Part shown: piece by piece, positions 6,931-15,329 of the stretch
Layout: the number at the start of each line of letters is the position of its first letter
Numbering within the stretch: the first letter of the stretch is position 1
Assembly: GCA_964368565.1 (NCBI GenBank)
Contig: CAYJAC010000001.1
Span: 30,571 to 82,230, forward strand
Direction of reading: 5' to 3'
DNA: 51,660 nucleotides
Origin: an uncultured Candidatus Saccharibacteria bacterium
GTDB lineage: Bacteria > Patescibacteriota > Minisyncoccia > Phycocordibacterales > UBA6065
The notes under the pieces: model-generated
Told to the model about the DNA's origin: nothing
What the model saw: only the letters and a program-made list of their open reading frames with translations
Databases searched by the model: none
Position numbers and translations under genes: made by a program

Positions 6931-7311
6931 CTATTTTGCCTCTACGAATTTCTGTGCAAGCTCCTTAATAAGGTGCTCGTACTGATAATCGTATTTACCA
7001 CCATTACCTTGCCAACCCAAGTGGTCCCTCCTAAAGATGCCTTGTAGGAGGATTGTGTCTTCTTCGAGATCAATGATGAGCACTACGCGGAAACCGCCCG
7101 ACTTGCCCTGCTGACGAGCCTTATCTGGCAGTCGAGTAACCCAACATTCAAAGCTCCCGTTCTTGAATATGTTCGTCTGAACATTATGAGGTAACGGAAT
7201 ATTCCGAAACTCCTGAAGAGCCTTCTCGTGGAATTTATAGTTGCTGTCCTCCACATCTTCCTTTTTCCACCACTTATCAAAACTTTCTGTTCGTTGAATC
7301 TTCCAAGCCAT
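6931..7311 (-). CDS. RelE/HigB-superfamily-like toxin
   Basis: 126 aa. 'GKSGGFRVVLIIDLEEDTILLQGIFRRD' resembles the GKSGGxRvi...K core of HigB/RelE-like toxins. It sits 11 nt downstream of the Panacea-domain gene. Confidence 0.55.
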   Translation of the reverse strand: MAWKIQRTESFDKWWKKEDVEDSNYKFHEKALQEFRNIPLPHNVQTNIFKNGSFECWVTRLPDKARQQGKSGGFRVVLIIDLEEDTILLQGIFRRDHLGWQGNGGKYDYQYEHLIKELAQKFVEAK

Positions 7312-7322
7312 GAGGGACAGAG

Positions 7323-7823
7323 TTAGGCCTGAACAGGATTCTTTGAAAAGAATTCGATGTCGTCAGCGTTCTTATAATCGAGAGGTTTGCTTACCTCCGA
7401 AAACACCCATGGTGCTTCGCTGTGCGTCTGTGCAATCATTTCATCAGTACTCCAGTTTTTAAATGTCGTACAGAGATAAGAAAGAAGACTCTTTTCATAA
7501 TCATCAAAAACAGCAACGTTCGACTCTTTAAGTGCCTGATAGCGATTTCGCTTACCAAATTTTGCACTATCGTCTTCAGATTGGGTGATTAGTTTATCTT
7601 TTTCGGCAACCTTAATAATCACATCCTGTAGTTCGGATGCAAATGGGCCCATAGGAAGATGTTTGTATACCTCACCAGTCACATTCTGCTTGCGGTCGCG
7701 ATACGAGATGAAATCGAGGTAGTAGAAAAGCTTGTTGAGCTTGGTAATGCCAAGCTTTTCATTGCCGCAATGGGAAATGAAGTATAGGAGAGCGTTTATG
7801 TACTTTTCTTTATTAATGGCCAT
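7323..7823 (-). CDS. Panacea (DUF4065, SocA-like) domain antitoxin
   Basis: 166 aa. 'GITKLNKLFYYLDFISY...HLPMGPF' matches the KLxKLxY...GP signature of DUF4065. Confidence 0.7.
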   Translation of the reverse strand: MAINKEKYINALLYFISHCGNEKLGITKLNKLFYYLDFISYRDRKQNVTGEVYKHLPMGPFASELQDVIIKVAEKDKLITQSEDDSAKFGKRNRYQALKESNVAVFDDYEKSLLSYLCTTFKNWSTDEMIAQTHSEAPWVFSEVSKPLDYKNADDIEFFSKNPVQA

Positions 7824-7835
7824 ATATTTACTGAC

Positions 7836-7869
7836 ATTATAGCAAATCTTTGTATTGTAAAGACAATAC
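7836..7869 (-). promoter_or_regulatory. Candidate promoter and palindromic operator of the antitoxin-toxin operon
   Basis: A minus-strand TATAAT (7836-7841) lies about 12 nt upstream of the ATG. The palindrome gtattgt-aaag-acaatac (7852-7869) sits over the -35 region. Confidence 0.35.
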
Positions 7870-7912
7870 GATTTACACAGCCTTCTCGGACTCCGAACCT
7901 ATCACATGAATG

Positions 7913-7985
7913 TCCGCCCAGTTGGAATCGAACCAACGACCCACTCCTTAAAAGGGAGATGCTCTACCAACTGAGCTATGGGCGG
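7913..7985 (-). tRNA. tRNA-Lys (anticodon UUU)
   Basis: Hand-folded cloverleaf: acceptor ccgccca/tgggcgg, D arm gctc-agttggta-gagc, anticodon loop cTTTTaa, T arm gttgg-ttcgatt-ccaac. CCA is not encoded. There is an unusual C1:G72 pair and a U27-U43 mismatch. Confidence 0.85.
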
Positions 7986-8056
7986 ATATTATATTGACCG
8001 TCGTTTTATGGGATTTTAGGTAATCACGGAATGAAACCGATAATACCACAAAAGGC

Positions 8057-8773
8057 TTAAATATCTAGCGCGAGCTTCTCGATCTCCCTCTCAAAGTCGA
8101 CTTTGCCACGGTGGGCATCGTGATACATGCGGACGAGACGCGAAAGCAGGCTGTCTATCTCACCTGGTCCGAAATTTACGACATATCGTTTTGCCTTGCC
8201 GTATACAAACGGATTGAGACCAGCCTCCCCTGCCGACCCCGTCTTTTGCGCCAAAGCGAGCGCCTTTGCCTGCCAAAAAAGAATTCCATGGATTTCTTCA
8301 GGAACAGCGTCGTGGTCCATGGCATCTCGAAACAGTTTCCAAAAGTTTTTCTTGTCGCGCATGCCGAGGGCGTCTGCCAACGCAAAAAAGCTTCCAGCCT
8401 CCTTGGGTTTCTCGACCTCAGATTCATATTCGGTTACCTTTTCTGCCCTCTTTTCAAGCTTCTTTAAAACCTCCTTAGTGAGCTTTCCTTCAAAAAAAAT
8501 GAAGATGTTTGGCGACTCAGCAATTGCATCAACCATGTCGAGCATTACCCCGCGCACATCCTTGTTCTCGAGAGTGCGGTCCATATAGAGAATCTGCTTG
8601 TTCTCAAATAGACCCTGAGTCTGGGTGAGCTCCATGAGCTTTTCAGTTGTAATATTCTCTGTCGATAACGATCCGGCCGAAGCGTCGGGCTTTTTCTCGC
8701 GCAATGCATCATAAAGAGCGCGGGATTTCTCGCGTGCTTTGTCGATATCGGTGCCATGGATGACGTAGAGCAT
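8057..8773 (-). CDS. holA: DNA polymerase III delta subunit-like protein (short form)
   Basis: 238 aa. The N-terminal 'LYVIHGTD' and the C-terminal helical region ('FALADALGMRDKKNFWKLF...ILFWQAKAL') resemble HolA. It is directly downstream of polA. Confidence 0.5.
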   Translation of the reverse strand: MLYVIHGTDIDKAREKSRALYDALREKKPDASAGSLSTENITTEKLMELTQTQGLFENKQILYMDRTLENKDVRGVMLDMVDAIAESPNIFIFFEGKLTKEVLKKLEKRAEKVTEYESEVEKPKEAGSFFALADALGMRDKKNFWKLFRDAMDHDAVPEEIHGILFWQAKALALAQKTGSAGEAGLNPFVYGKAKRYVVNFGPGEIDSLLSRLVRMYHDAHRGKVDFEREIEKLALDI

Positions 8774-8780
8774 CTATGTA

Positions 8781-11177
8781 TTATAACTTCTCCATCTCTC
8801 CCCAGTTCTGCCCTATCTTTGCCTCGGTAGCGATGACGATTCCGTGAATATCCCTTGGGTCGATAATCGCTTCCATTATCTTCTTGATATCAGACACAAT
8901 CTTCTTTGCCACGCTGTCTTTCGCCTCGAGCACGATTTCATCATGGACCTGCATGAGTATGTGCACACTGTCTTCAAGCTTCTTTTCTTTTATATAAGCA
9001 GCAATATGGATCATGGCAATCTTTACAATGTCAGCCTCGGTTCCCTGGATCGGCGCGTTGATTGCCATGCGCTCGGCGGCGGCGCGAATAAATGGAAGTT
9101 TAGATTTGAGGCCTTCGAAGTAGCGGCGGCGGCCAAAGAACGTCTCTGTGTAACCGTCCCTCTCCGCCGCCGCTTTAACTGCATCCAGATATCCAGCCAA
9201 ACCGTGGAACTTTTCGAAATAGTCATTATAAAACTTCTGGGCGGTCTTTCGGTCGACACCCATATTCTTCTGCAAAGCATTCACGCCCATGCCATACATC
9301 ACACCGAAGTTAATAACCTTTGCCTGTGAACGCATGGCCTTTGTCACTTGTTCTACAGAAACACCAAACACCTGCGCGGCAACGGCAGCATGAACATCCT
9401 CGCCTCGCCTAAAAATATCTATAAACTTCTCATCTTTTGAAAGAAAGGCGGCGATGCGCAATTCAATCTGGGAATAATCAAATGCAAGAAGCGACCAGCC
9501 CTTTGGCGCAACAAAAGCATTGCGGATCTTTCGTCCCAGCTCGCTCCTATTCGGAATATTCTGAATTGACGGATCCTTTGTCGCCATGCGTCCCGTCACC
9601 GCACCCGACTGGATGGACGTCGGATGAATGCGCGACTCAGAATCGAGCAATGTCGGGATTGTATCAATATATGTGCCCAGTAATTTAGCGAGTTCACGAT
9701 ACTTTAGTATCTCGCCGATAATCGGATGTTCCTCTGCCAGCTTCTCCAATTCAGATTCCTTTGTTGAGAGAGCGCCGCCAGCCGTTTTCTTTTTTGACTT
9801 CAGTCCAAGCTTTACGAACAACACCTCGCCCAGCTGTTTTGGAGATGCGATATTGAATTCCATCCCAGCCATACGCCATATGCTTTTTTCGAGCTTTGCC
9901 AGTTCCTTGTGATACTCCTCGCCAAGCTTTTTCAAATACTCGCCATCGATCTGCACACCCACCTCCTTCATGCGGTCGACAACAGGAATGAGGGGCTTCT
10001 CTATGTCTTCAAAAACCTTCGCCAGGTTTCGTTTTTTGAGCTCGGCCGCTAAAATATCATACGCCTCGTTCAGCGACTTGGCTTTTGTAAAATTCAAAAT
10101 GTCCTCCGCAACAGGATCGGTCAACGTTGAATTAACAAGCCAAAGCATGAGTCCGGCTTCTCGATACTTTTCACTTGACTCCTCTTCCTTGCTAATGGCA
10201 ATCACCTCTTCCGCAACCTTTACTTGAGCATCGCTCGAAACCTCTGTGCCATTTCCTTGTCCTAATATATTTTTAAGCCGCGATGTCATGGTACGAAACT
10301 CAAGCTCAGCAAATAGAGCCGTGGCACGTTCGACATCAACACCGTCTTTCCATGATGTTGTCGGCAATTTCCAGTCTATCGGCGCATCACGCCTAATGGT
10401 GGCCAATACTTTTGAAAAATCTGCATCGTCCCTGCCCTGCACCAGGAGTTCAACGATACGATCAGTTATACCCGCCTCCTTAAACCGCTCTCGGCCGCCT
10501 TCTTTTTCAAGAACTTTGTATATACCATCAATACCACCGAATGTAGTAATCAGCGTCGTAGCAGTTTTTTCACCAATACCTTTAATACCCTTAATATTGT
10601 CGGACGGGTCGCCGCGCAAACCCTTATAGTCAGGCAAAAGTTCTGGGCCAAAACTAAATCGCTCGCGTACCGCGTCTTCATCATAAACAATGGTATCTTT
10701 GATACCTTTTTTCAGCGTGTATACGCGCACTCTTTTACCTGTAACTAGCTGAAGTGTGTCCATATCACCCGATGCAATGATTATATCGATGTCCTTAAAC
10801 TCCTTACCTTTCAAAACTTTTTCTACAATAGTTCCGAGCATGTCATCGGCCTCAAATCCCTCTTTATCAAAAGCAGGAATACCCAACACGTTATATATCT
10901 CACGCGACTTTACGATCTGACTTACCAATTCATTATCAGTTTTTGCACGACCGGCTTTGTAGTCTTTGTATGCCTCGTGACGATGAGTAGGTTTAGGTAA
11001 GTCATATGTAGCAACAATATAATCAGGTTTAAGCTGATCAACTGCACTAAATATCATCGTACAAAGACCATACAGAGCACCCGTAGGAATTCCCGTCGAC
11101 GTCGCAAAATCCGGCATACCGTGATATGCGCGATGCAAGATTGCATGTGAGTCAAGAAGGAGGAGGCGTTTTTGCAT
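8781..11177 (-). CDS. polA: DNA polymerase I (5'-3' exonuclease + polymerase domains)
   Basis: 798 aa. It has the FEN-like N-terminus 'LLLLDSHAILHRAYH', 'DNIKGIKGIGEKTA', Pol A motifs 'DYSQIELR', 'RSQAKVINFGVMYG' and 'QVHDE'. Confidence 0.95.
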   Translation of the reverse strand: MQKRLLLLDSHAILHRAYHGMPDFATSTGIPTGALYGLCTMIFSAVDQLKPDYIVATYDLPKPTHRHEAYKDYKAGRAKTDNELVSQIVKSREIYNVLGIPAFDKEGFEADDMLGTIVEKVLKGKEFKDIDIIIASGDMDTLQLVTGKRVRVYTLKKGIKDTIVYDEDAVRERFSFGPELLPDYKGLRGDPSDNIKGIKGIGEKTATTLITTFGGIDGIYKVLEKEGGRERFKEAGITDRIVELLVQGRDDADFSKVLATIRRDAPIDWKLPTTSWKDGVDVERATALFAELEFRTMTSRLKNILGQGNGTEVSSDAQVKVAEEVIAISKEEESSEKYREAGLMLWLVNSTLTDPVAEDILNFTKAKSLNEAYDILAAELKKRNLAKVFEDIEKPLIPVVDRMKEVGVQIDGEYLKKLGEEYHKELAKLEKSIWRMAGMEFNIASPKQLGEVLFVKLGLKSKKKTAGGALSTKESELEKLAEEHPIIGEILKYRELAKLLGTYIDTIPTLLDSESRIHPTSIQSGAVTGRMATKDPSIQNIPNRSELGRKIRNAFVAPKGWSLLAFDYSQIELRIAAFLSKDEKFIDIFRRGEDVHAAVAAQVFGVSVEQVTKAMRSQAKVINFGVMYGMGVNALQKNMGVDRKTAQKFYNDYFEKFHGLAGYLDAVKAAAERDGYTETFFGRRRYFEGLKSKLPFIRAAAERMAINAPIQGTEADIVKIAMIHIAAYIKEKKLEDSVHILMQVHDEIVLEAKDSVAKKIVSDIKKIMEAIIDPRDIHGIVIATEAKIGQNWGEMEKL

Positions 11178-11184
11178 GCCTCTA

Positions 11185-11634
11185 TTATAAGCTTATTTCC
11201 CGCGTCTGTTCATCTATGAATTTAAAAGAAATCGTGCGGATGTTTTGAGACGGTTTTGGCATCTTCTCCCCCATCTTCTCCGGCCATTCCACTAAAATAA
11301 TATTCGTCGGTTCGGCAATCAGCTTGTCCCAACCAATCTGTGTCGCCTGAGCAGGTGTTTCTAGACGATAGGCATCTATATGTATAAGCTTTCTCCAACC
11401 AAGCATGAGCATCCGTGCATCAGCGACCTCATAGCTTTTCATAATCACAAACGTCGGACTCGTCACCTCATCTGAATTCACGCCAAACTCAGCGGCAAAG
11501 GCCTTCGTAAACGTGGTCTTGCCCGAGCCCAAATCCCCAGACAATGCCAAAATCATGGCTGTCTTCCCCACCTTTAGCTTTTCGGCTATACCTCTAGCAA
11601 TTTTCGCCGTATCCTCAATCGATTTCGATATCAT
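11185..11634 (-). CDS. tsaE: tRNA t6A biosynthesis ATPase TsaE (YjeE)
   Basis: 149 aa with Walker A 'GDLGSGKTTFTKAFA', 'SPTFVIM' and 'HIDAYRL'. Confidence 0.85.
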   Translation of the reverse strand: MISKSIEDTAKIARGIAEKLKVGKTAMILALSGDLGSGKTTFTKAFAAEFGVNSDEVTSPTFVIMKSYEVADARMLMLGWRKLIHIDAYRLETPAQATQIGWDKLIAEPTNIILVEWPEKMGEKMPKPSQNIRTISFKFIDEQTREISL

Positions 11635-11642
11635 AGGATTAC

Positions 11643-11796
11643 TTTAGCATGAGTATTGAGCCCCGCCTGCACAAATGTGCCTCGGAAGAGACTCTCGGAG
11701 CGCGACGGCGCGAGAGTGAAGGAATTCGCTTCAAGCGAATTACCTGTGCTCTTCCGAGGCACATTTGTGCGGGTGGGGTCTTTTATCCATGCTAAA
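11643..11796. repeat. GC-rich nested palindromic element (copy b) filling the tsaE/pilB divergent intergenic region
   Basis: A 30-bp stem spans 11661-11690 / 11749-11778, perfect except for two positions that are G-U pairs on the plus strand. An outer 9-bp stem (tttagcatg / catgctaaa) surrounds it. Two inner hairpins are present (actctcg...cgagagt; aattcgc...gcgaatt). Confidence 0.6.
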
Positions 11797-11804
11797 ATAA
11801 TCCC

Positions 11805-13478
11805 ATGACAGTCACCTTCGACGAAGACCGACAAGACAAGCGCCTCGACGAGTTCAAGCGCCGCGAGCAAGAAGACGTAGCCCAGATCATGGCTTCGCGT
11901 TATGAGCTTGAATACGTAGACCTCGGTCCCGTGCCAATCAACATGGATGCTCTACGCCTCGTAACCGAAGCGGAGGCACGCGAATCCCTCATAGCCCCCT
12001 TCTCTCTCGTTGGACACCGCGCAAAAATCGCCGTCGTCTCTCCAGTAAACGAAAAGACAACCGCAATTATCGAGACCCTCAAAAGCAAAGGTGTTGAAGT
12101 AACACTCGTTGTTGCTTCTCTCACCAGCCTAGAAAAAGTCTGGGGACGCTATGCTGACCTCACATTCGCAACCGTCACAAAGGCGGGCGCCCTCGACATC
12201 TCAAGCGAGGACATAAAAGAGTTCGTCGGCAAAATCCACACCATCGACGACGTCCGCGCACAGATGACAGAAATTCTCAAACTCAAAAAAGGTTTTCGTA
12301 TATCAAAAATCCTTGAAATTGTCCTTTCAGGCGCCCTCGCCACAAAGGCATCCGATGTTCACATTGAACCCGAAGAAGCCTATACCCGTCTGCGTTTCCG
12401 ACTCGATGGTGTGCTCACAGACATCATGCAGTTTGACCTCGAAACGTATCACCTTATCCTCTCTCGCATAAAATTACTCTCAGGACTCAAACTCAATGTA
12501 AAATCCGAGGCTCAAGACGGCCGCTTTAGCGTAAAAGTTGGCGAGGATATGATCGAAATCCGAACCTCAATGTTGCCTGGTGCATACAGCGAATCGATCG
12601 TGCTTCGACTCCTTAATCCAAAATCCATTCAGGTTCCCCTTGAGGACCTGGGTATTCCAAAGAAACTCCTTTCTATCCTTCTTGAACAAGTGGCAAAACC
12701 AAACGGTATGATTCTCACCACTGGACCGACCGGTTCTGGAAAGACGACAACCTTGTATGCATTCTTGCGCAAGATTCATACACCAGACGTAAAAATCATC
12801 ACCATCGAAGATCCTATTGAATACCACCTCCCTGGCATCACCCAGACACAAACCAATACGGACAAGGGTTACACATTCGCCCTCGGTCTTCGCTCTGCCC
12901 TACGCCAAGACCCTGACATAATCATGGTGGGAGAAATCCGTGATAATGAGACAGCGCAGATTGCCATCGATTCGGCGCTCACCGGACACCTTGTTTTCTC
13001 GACTCTGCACACGAATTCTGCTGCCGGTTCCTTCCCTCGTCTCATCGAGCTCGGCGTAAACCCACGTGTTATGTCTTCGGCAATCAACATTACACTGGCT
13101 CAGCGCCTCGTCCGAAAGCTCTGCTCAGAATGTAAGAAAGAGGAGGTGCTCACCGGCAAGGAGAAAGAAACTGTCGACAAAGTGCTCGCCACAATCGTTG
13201 ATCAAACAGAAATACCAACAAAGCGTGATAGTGCTTTCAAACCTGTCGGATGCCCTGCTTGTAACATGACTGGCTACAAGGGACGTCTTGGTATATACGA
13301 AGGTATAATTACCACTGAAGAAATCGACAAGGCGATTGAATTTTCAACCAACGAAAAAGATGTCGCTAAAATAGCAGCCGCGCAAGGAATCTTAACAATG
13401 ACACAGGACGGCGTCCTAAAAACCCTCGCCGGCATCACAACCTTAGACGAACTGGGTCGCGTCATAGATCTTCCTTAA
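11805..13478 (+). CDS. pilB: Type IV pilus / type II secretion assembly ATPase (PilB/GspE family)
   Basis: 557 aa with Walker A 'GPTGSGKTTT', 'MVGEIRD', 'TGHLVFSTLHTN' and a C-terminal Cys cluster 'CSEC...CPAC'. Confidence 0.9.
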   Translation: MTVTFDEDRQDKRLDEFKRREQEDVAQIMASRYELEYVDLGPVPINMDALRLVTEAEARESLIAPFSLVGHRAKIAVVSPVNEKTTAIIETLKSKGVEVTLVVASLTSLEKVWGRYADLTFATVTKAGALDISSEDIKEFVGKIHTIDDVRAQMTEILKLKKGFRISKILEIVLSGALATKASDVHIEPEEAYTRLRFRLDGVLTDIMQFDLETYHLILSRIKLLSGLKLNVKSEAQDGRFSVKVGEDMIEIRTSMLPGAYSESIVLRLLNPKSIQVPLEDLGIPKKLLSILLEQVAKPNGMILTTGPTGSGKTTTLYAFLRKIHTPDVKIITIEDPIEYHLPGITQTQTNTDKGYTFALGLRSALRQDPDIIMVGEIRDNETAQIAIDSALTGHLVFSTLHTNSAAGSFPRLIELGVNPRVMSSAINITLAQRLVRKLCSECKKEEVLTGKEKETVDKVLATIVDQTEIPTKRDSAFKPVGCPACNMTGYKGRLGIYEGIITTEEIDKAIEFSTNEKDVAKIAAAQGILTMTQDGVLKTLAGITTLDELGRVIDLP

Positions 13479-13491
13479 TTAAAATAAAAAT

Positions 13492-13881
13492 ATGATAAAT
13501 AAAAACGGGGACGTGCTCGGGGCACTAAATGCGCTCAAGCGTGAAGTTGCAGGAGAAGACGGAAAACTACGCGATCAGGACGGCAAAATCCGCGAATTCC
13601 ATTCAATGATAGAGAAGGCAAAAATGGAACTTAAAGAGAAAGAAAGTCAGATTAAACAAAAGGAGCTCGAAATCCAGGCCCTGAAGCACCGTATAGCTGA
13701 ATTAGCAAAAAGTGAGGTGCCGAAACATGAAGCAGAGCTTAAAAAAGTAGAGACTGAACACATGGATCTCACACGAAGACACGGTGAACACCAGCGAGAG
13801 ATTCTTGAATTCCAGAGCGAGATTGTAAAAATGCAGCGTGGTGGCGGAAAGAGTCGAGAAAATTTTCCTCTAGCAGCATAG
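13492..13881 (+). CDS. Coiled-coil hypothetical protein
   Basis: 129 aa, Lys/Glu-rich with heptad-like sequence. It starts 13 nt downstream of pilB. Confidence 0.45.
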   Translation: MINKNGDVLGALNALKREVAGEDGKLRDQDGKIREFHSMIEKAKMELKEKESQIKQKELEIQALKHRIAELAKSEVPKHEAELKKVETEHMDLTRRHGEHQREILEFQSEIVKMQRGGGKSRENFPLAA

Positions 13882-14035
13882 TCGTCCAGAGCGCAAGCGA
13901 TTTTAACGATTAAGACACTCATTTGCCTCCCCTGCCAACCCCGTGCTCCCCTGAAAAAATCTATTGCGCGCGTTAAAAGGAAGAGTAATATGAAGAAAGA
14001 AAAAAGCCCGCACAGGGCGGACTCTTCTCAAATAG

Positions 14036-14202
14036 TTTCCAGAATATAAATCTCTAAGCAATACTTAAAGATGTGCATCCAAAGTTAAGCAGAGTTCTTA
14101 GGATAGACCCAGTAGGAACACCGGAGTGTAACCAGAACGTCCCGAGAGTATCAGCTAGTAAACCGTAAAGGTTTAATTGCTTAGAGATTTATAGGCTGGA
14201 AA
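14036..14202. other. 167-nt element closed by a 27-bp imperfect inverted repeat (candidate structured sRNA or MITE)
   Basis: Left arm 14036-14062 tttccagaatataaatctctaagcaat; right arm 14176-14202 attgcttagagatttataggctggaaa. 25 of 27 positions are complementary. It is intergenic, upstream of ruvB. Confidence 0.4.
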
Positions 14203-14255
14203 TGTCGTATTTCAATTCAGCTTTACATTGACCATCTTAGCACAAAGCTTTACAA

Positions 14256-15296
14256 ATGTCAAGTACTTCTGCACCATTATCAGGCGATACTCCAAAGAAA
14301 GGCTCTAACAAAGGGTCTTTTACGAGTGATGAGCTATTCCTCGATACCACACTACGCCCCTCTGTGTGGGATGAATACGTAGGTCAAAAAGCTATTAAGG
14401 AAAATCTTCGTGTTCTCCTTAAAGCAGCTCAGGAACGCAAACATCCGCCAGAACATATCCTTTTTTATGGTCCTCCAGGCCTCGGCAAGACCACTCTTGC
14501 CCATCTAATCGCCAAGGAAACCTCATCACAGCTGAAGGCTACTTCGGGCCCAGCCATAGAGAAAATTGGCGACCTCGCATCTATCCTCACCAATCTCGCG
14601 CCCGGCGATATGCTTTTCATTGATGAAATCCACCGCCTCAACAAAGCGATTGAGGAAGTGCTCTACCCTGCCATGGAGTCAGGTTCCCTTGATATCATTA
14701 TTGGCAAAGGCCCAAGCGCGCGCACCATACAGCTTGAACTTCCTCCTTTTACACTGATCGCCGCAACCACCCGCATCGCCATGTTGTCGGCACCTTTGCG
14801 CTCACGCTTCTCAGGCGGCACATTCAGACTCGAATTTTATACAAACAGTGAAATACAGCAGATAATCCAGCGCTCGGCAAAGCTCCTCAAGATAGAAATA
14901 GACGAAACATCAGCGGCAAAAGTAGCCGAACGAAGCCGTTTTACGCCACGTACAGCTAATTTCCTTCTCAAACGAGTACGTGATCTCGCTCAGGTCGAAA
15001 AGGTACCTGTTTCCCCAGCTATCGTCGACCGCGCTCTCACTATGCTTGGCATAGATGAGCTTGGACTCACACAAAGCGACCGCGACCTTCTACGCACCCT
15101 CATCGACAAATTCGGTGGCGGCCCAGTCGGACTCAATACATTGGCGGCGTCGCTATCCGAAGAAGAAGCAACAGTCGAAGAAGTCCACGAGCCCTACCTC
15201 CTCCAGCTCGGACTCATCGAACGAACTCCGCGCGGACGCAAGACTACGGACAAGGCTTATGGGCATCTTGAAATGAAAAAGGGCCTTGGTCTATAA
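14256..15296 (+). CDS. ruvB: Holliday junction branch migration ATPase RuvB
   Basis: 346 aa with 'GPPGLGKTTLA', 'LFIDEIHRL' and 'LIAATTR', plus a winged-helix C-terminus. Confidence 0.95.
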   Translation: MSSTSAPLSGDTPKKGSNKGSFTSDELFLDTTLRPSVWDEYVGQKAIKENLRVLLKAAQERKHPPEHILFYGPPGLGKTTLAHLIAKETSSQLKATSGPAIEKIGDLASILTNLAPGDMLFIDEIHRLNKAIEEVLYPAMESGSLDIIIGKGPSARTIQLELPPFTLIAATTRIAMLSAPLRSRFSGGTFRLEFYTNSEIQQIIQRSAKLLKIEIDETSAAKVAERSRFTPRTANFLLKRVRDLAQVEKVPVSPAIVDRALTMLGIDELGLTQSDRDLLRTLIDKFGGGPVGLNTLAASLSEEEATVEEVHEPYLLQLGLIERTPRGRKTTDKAYGHLEMKKGLGL

Positions 15297-15329
15297 TCTG
15301 TAGCACAGCACAACTAACTTTTACATACC

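Larger units (their letters stand above)
2056..7912. mobile_element. Putative degraded integrated element (DGR + inactivated serine recombinase + toxin-antitoxin pair) abutting the 3' end of tRNA-Lys
   Basis: An accessory gene set lies between core genes (the SpoU methyltransferase and tRNA-Lys/holA-like). A recombinase is present but interrupted. I could not identify att repeats, so the boundaries are approximate. Confidence 0.45.
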
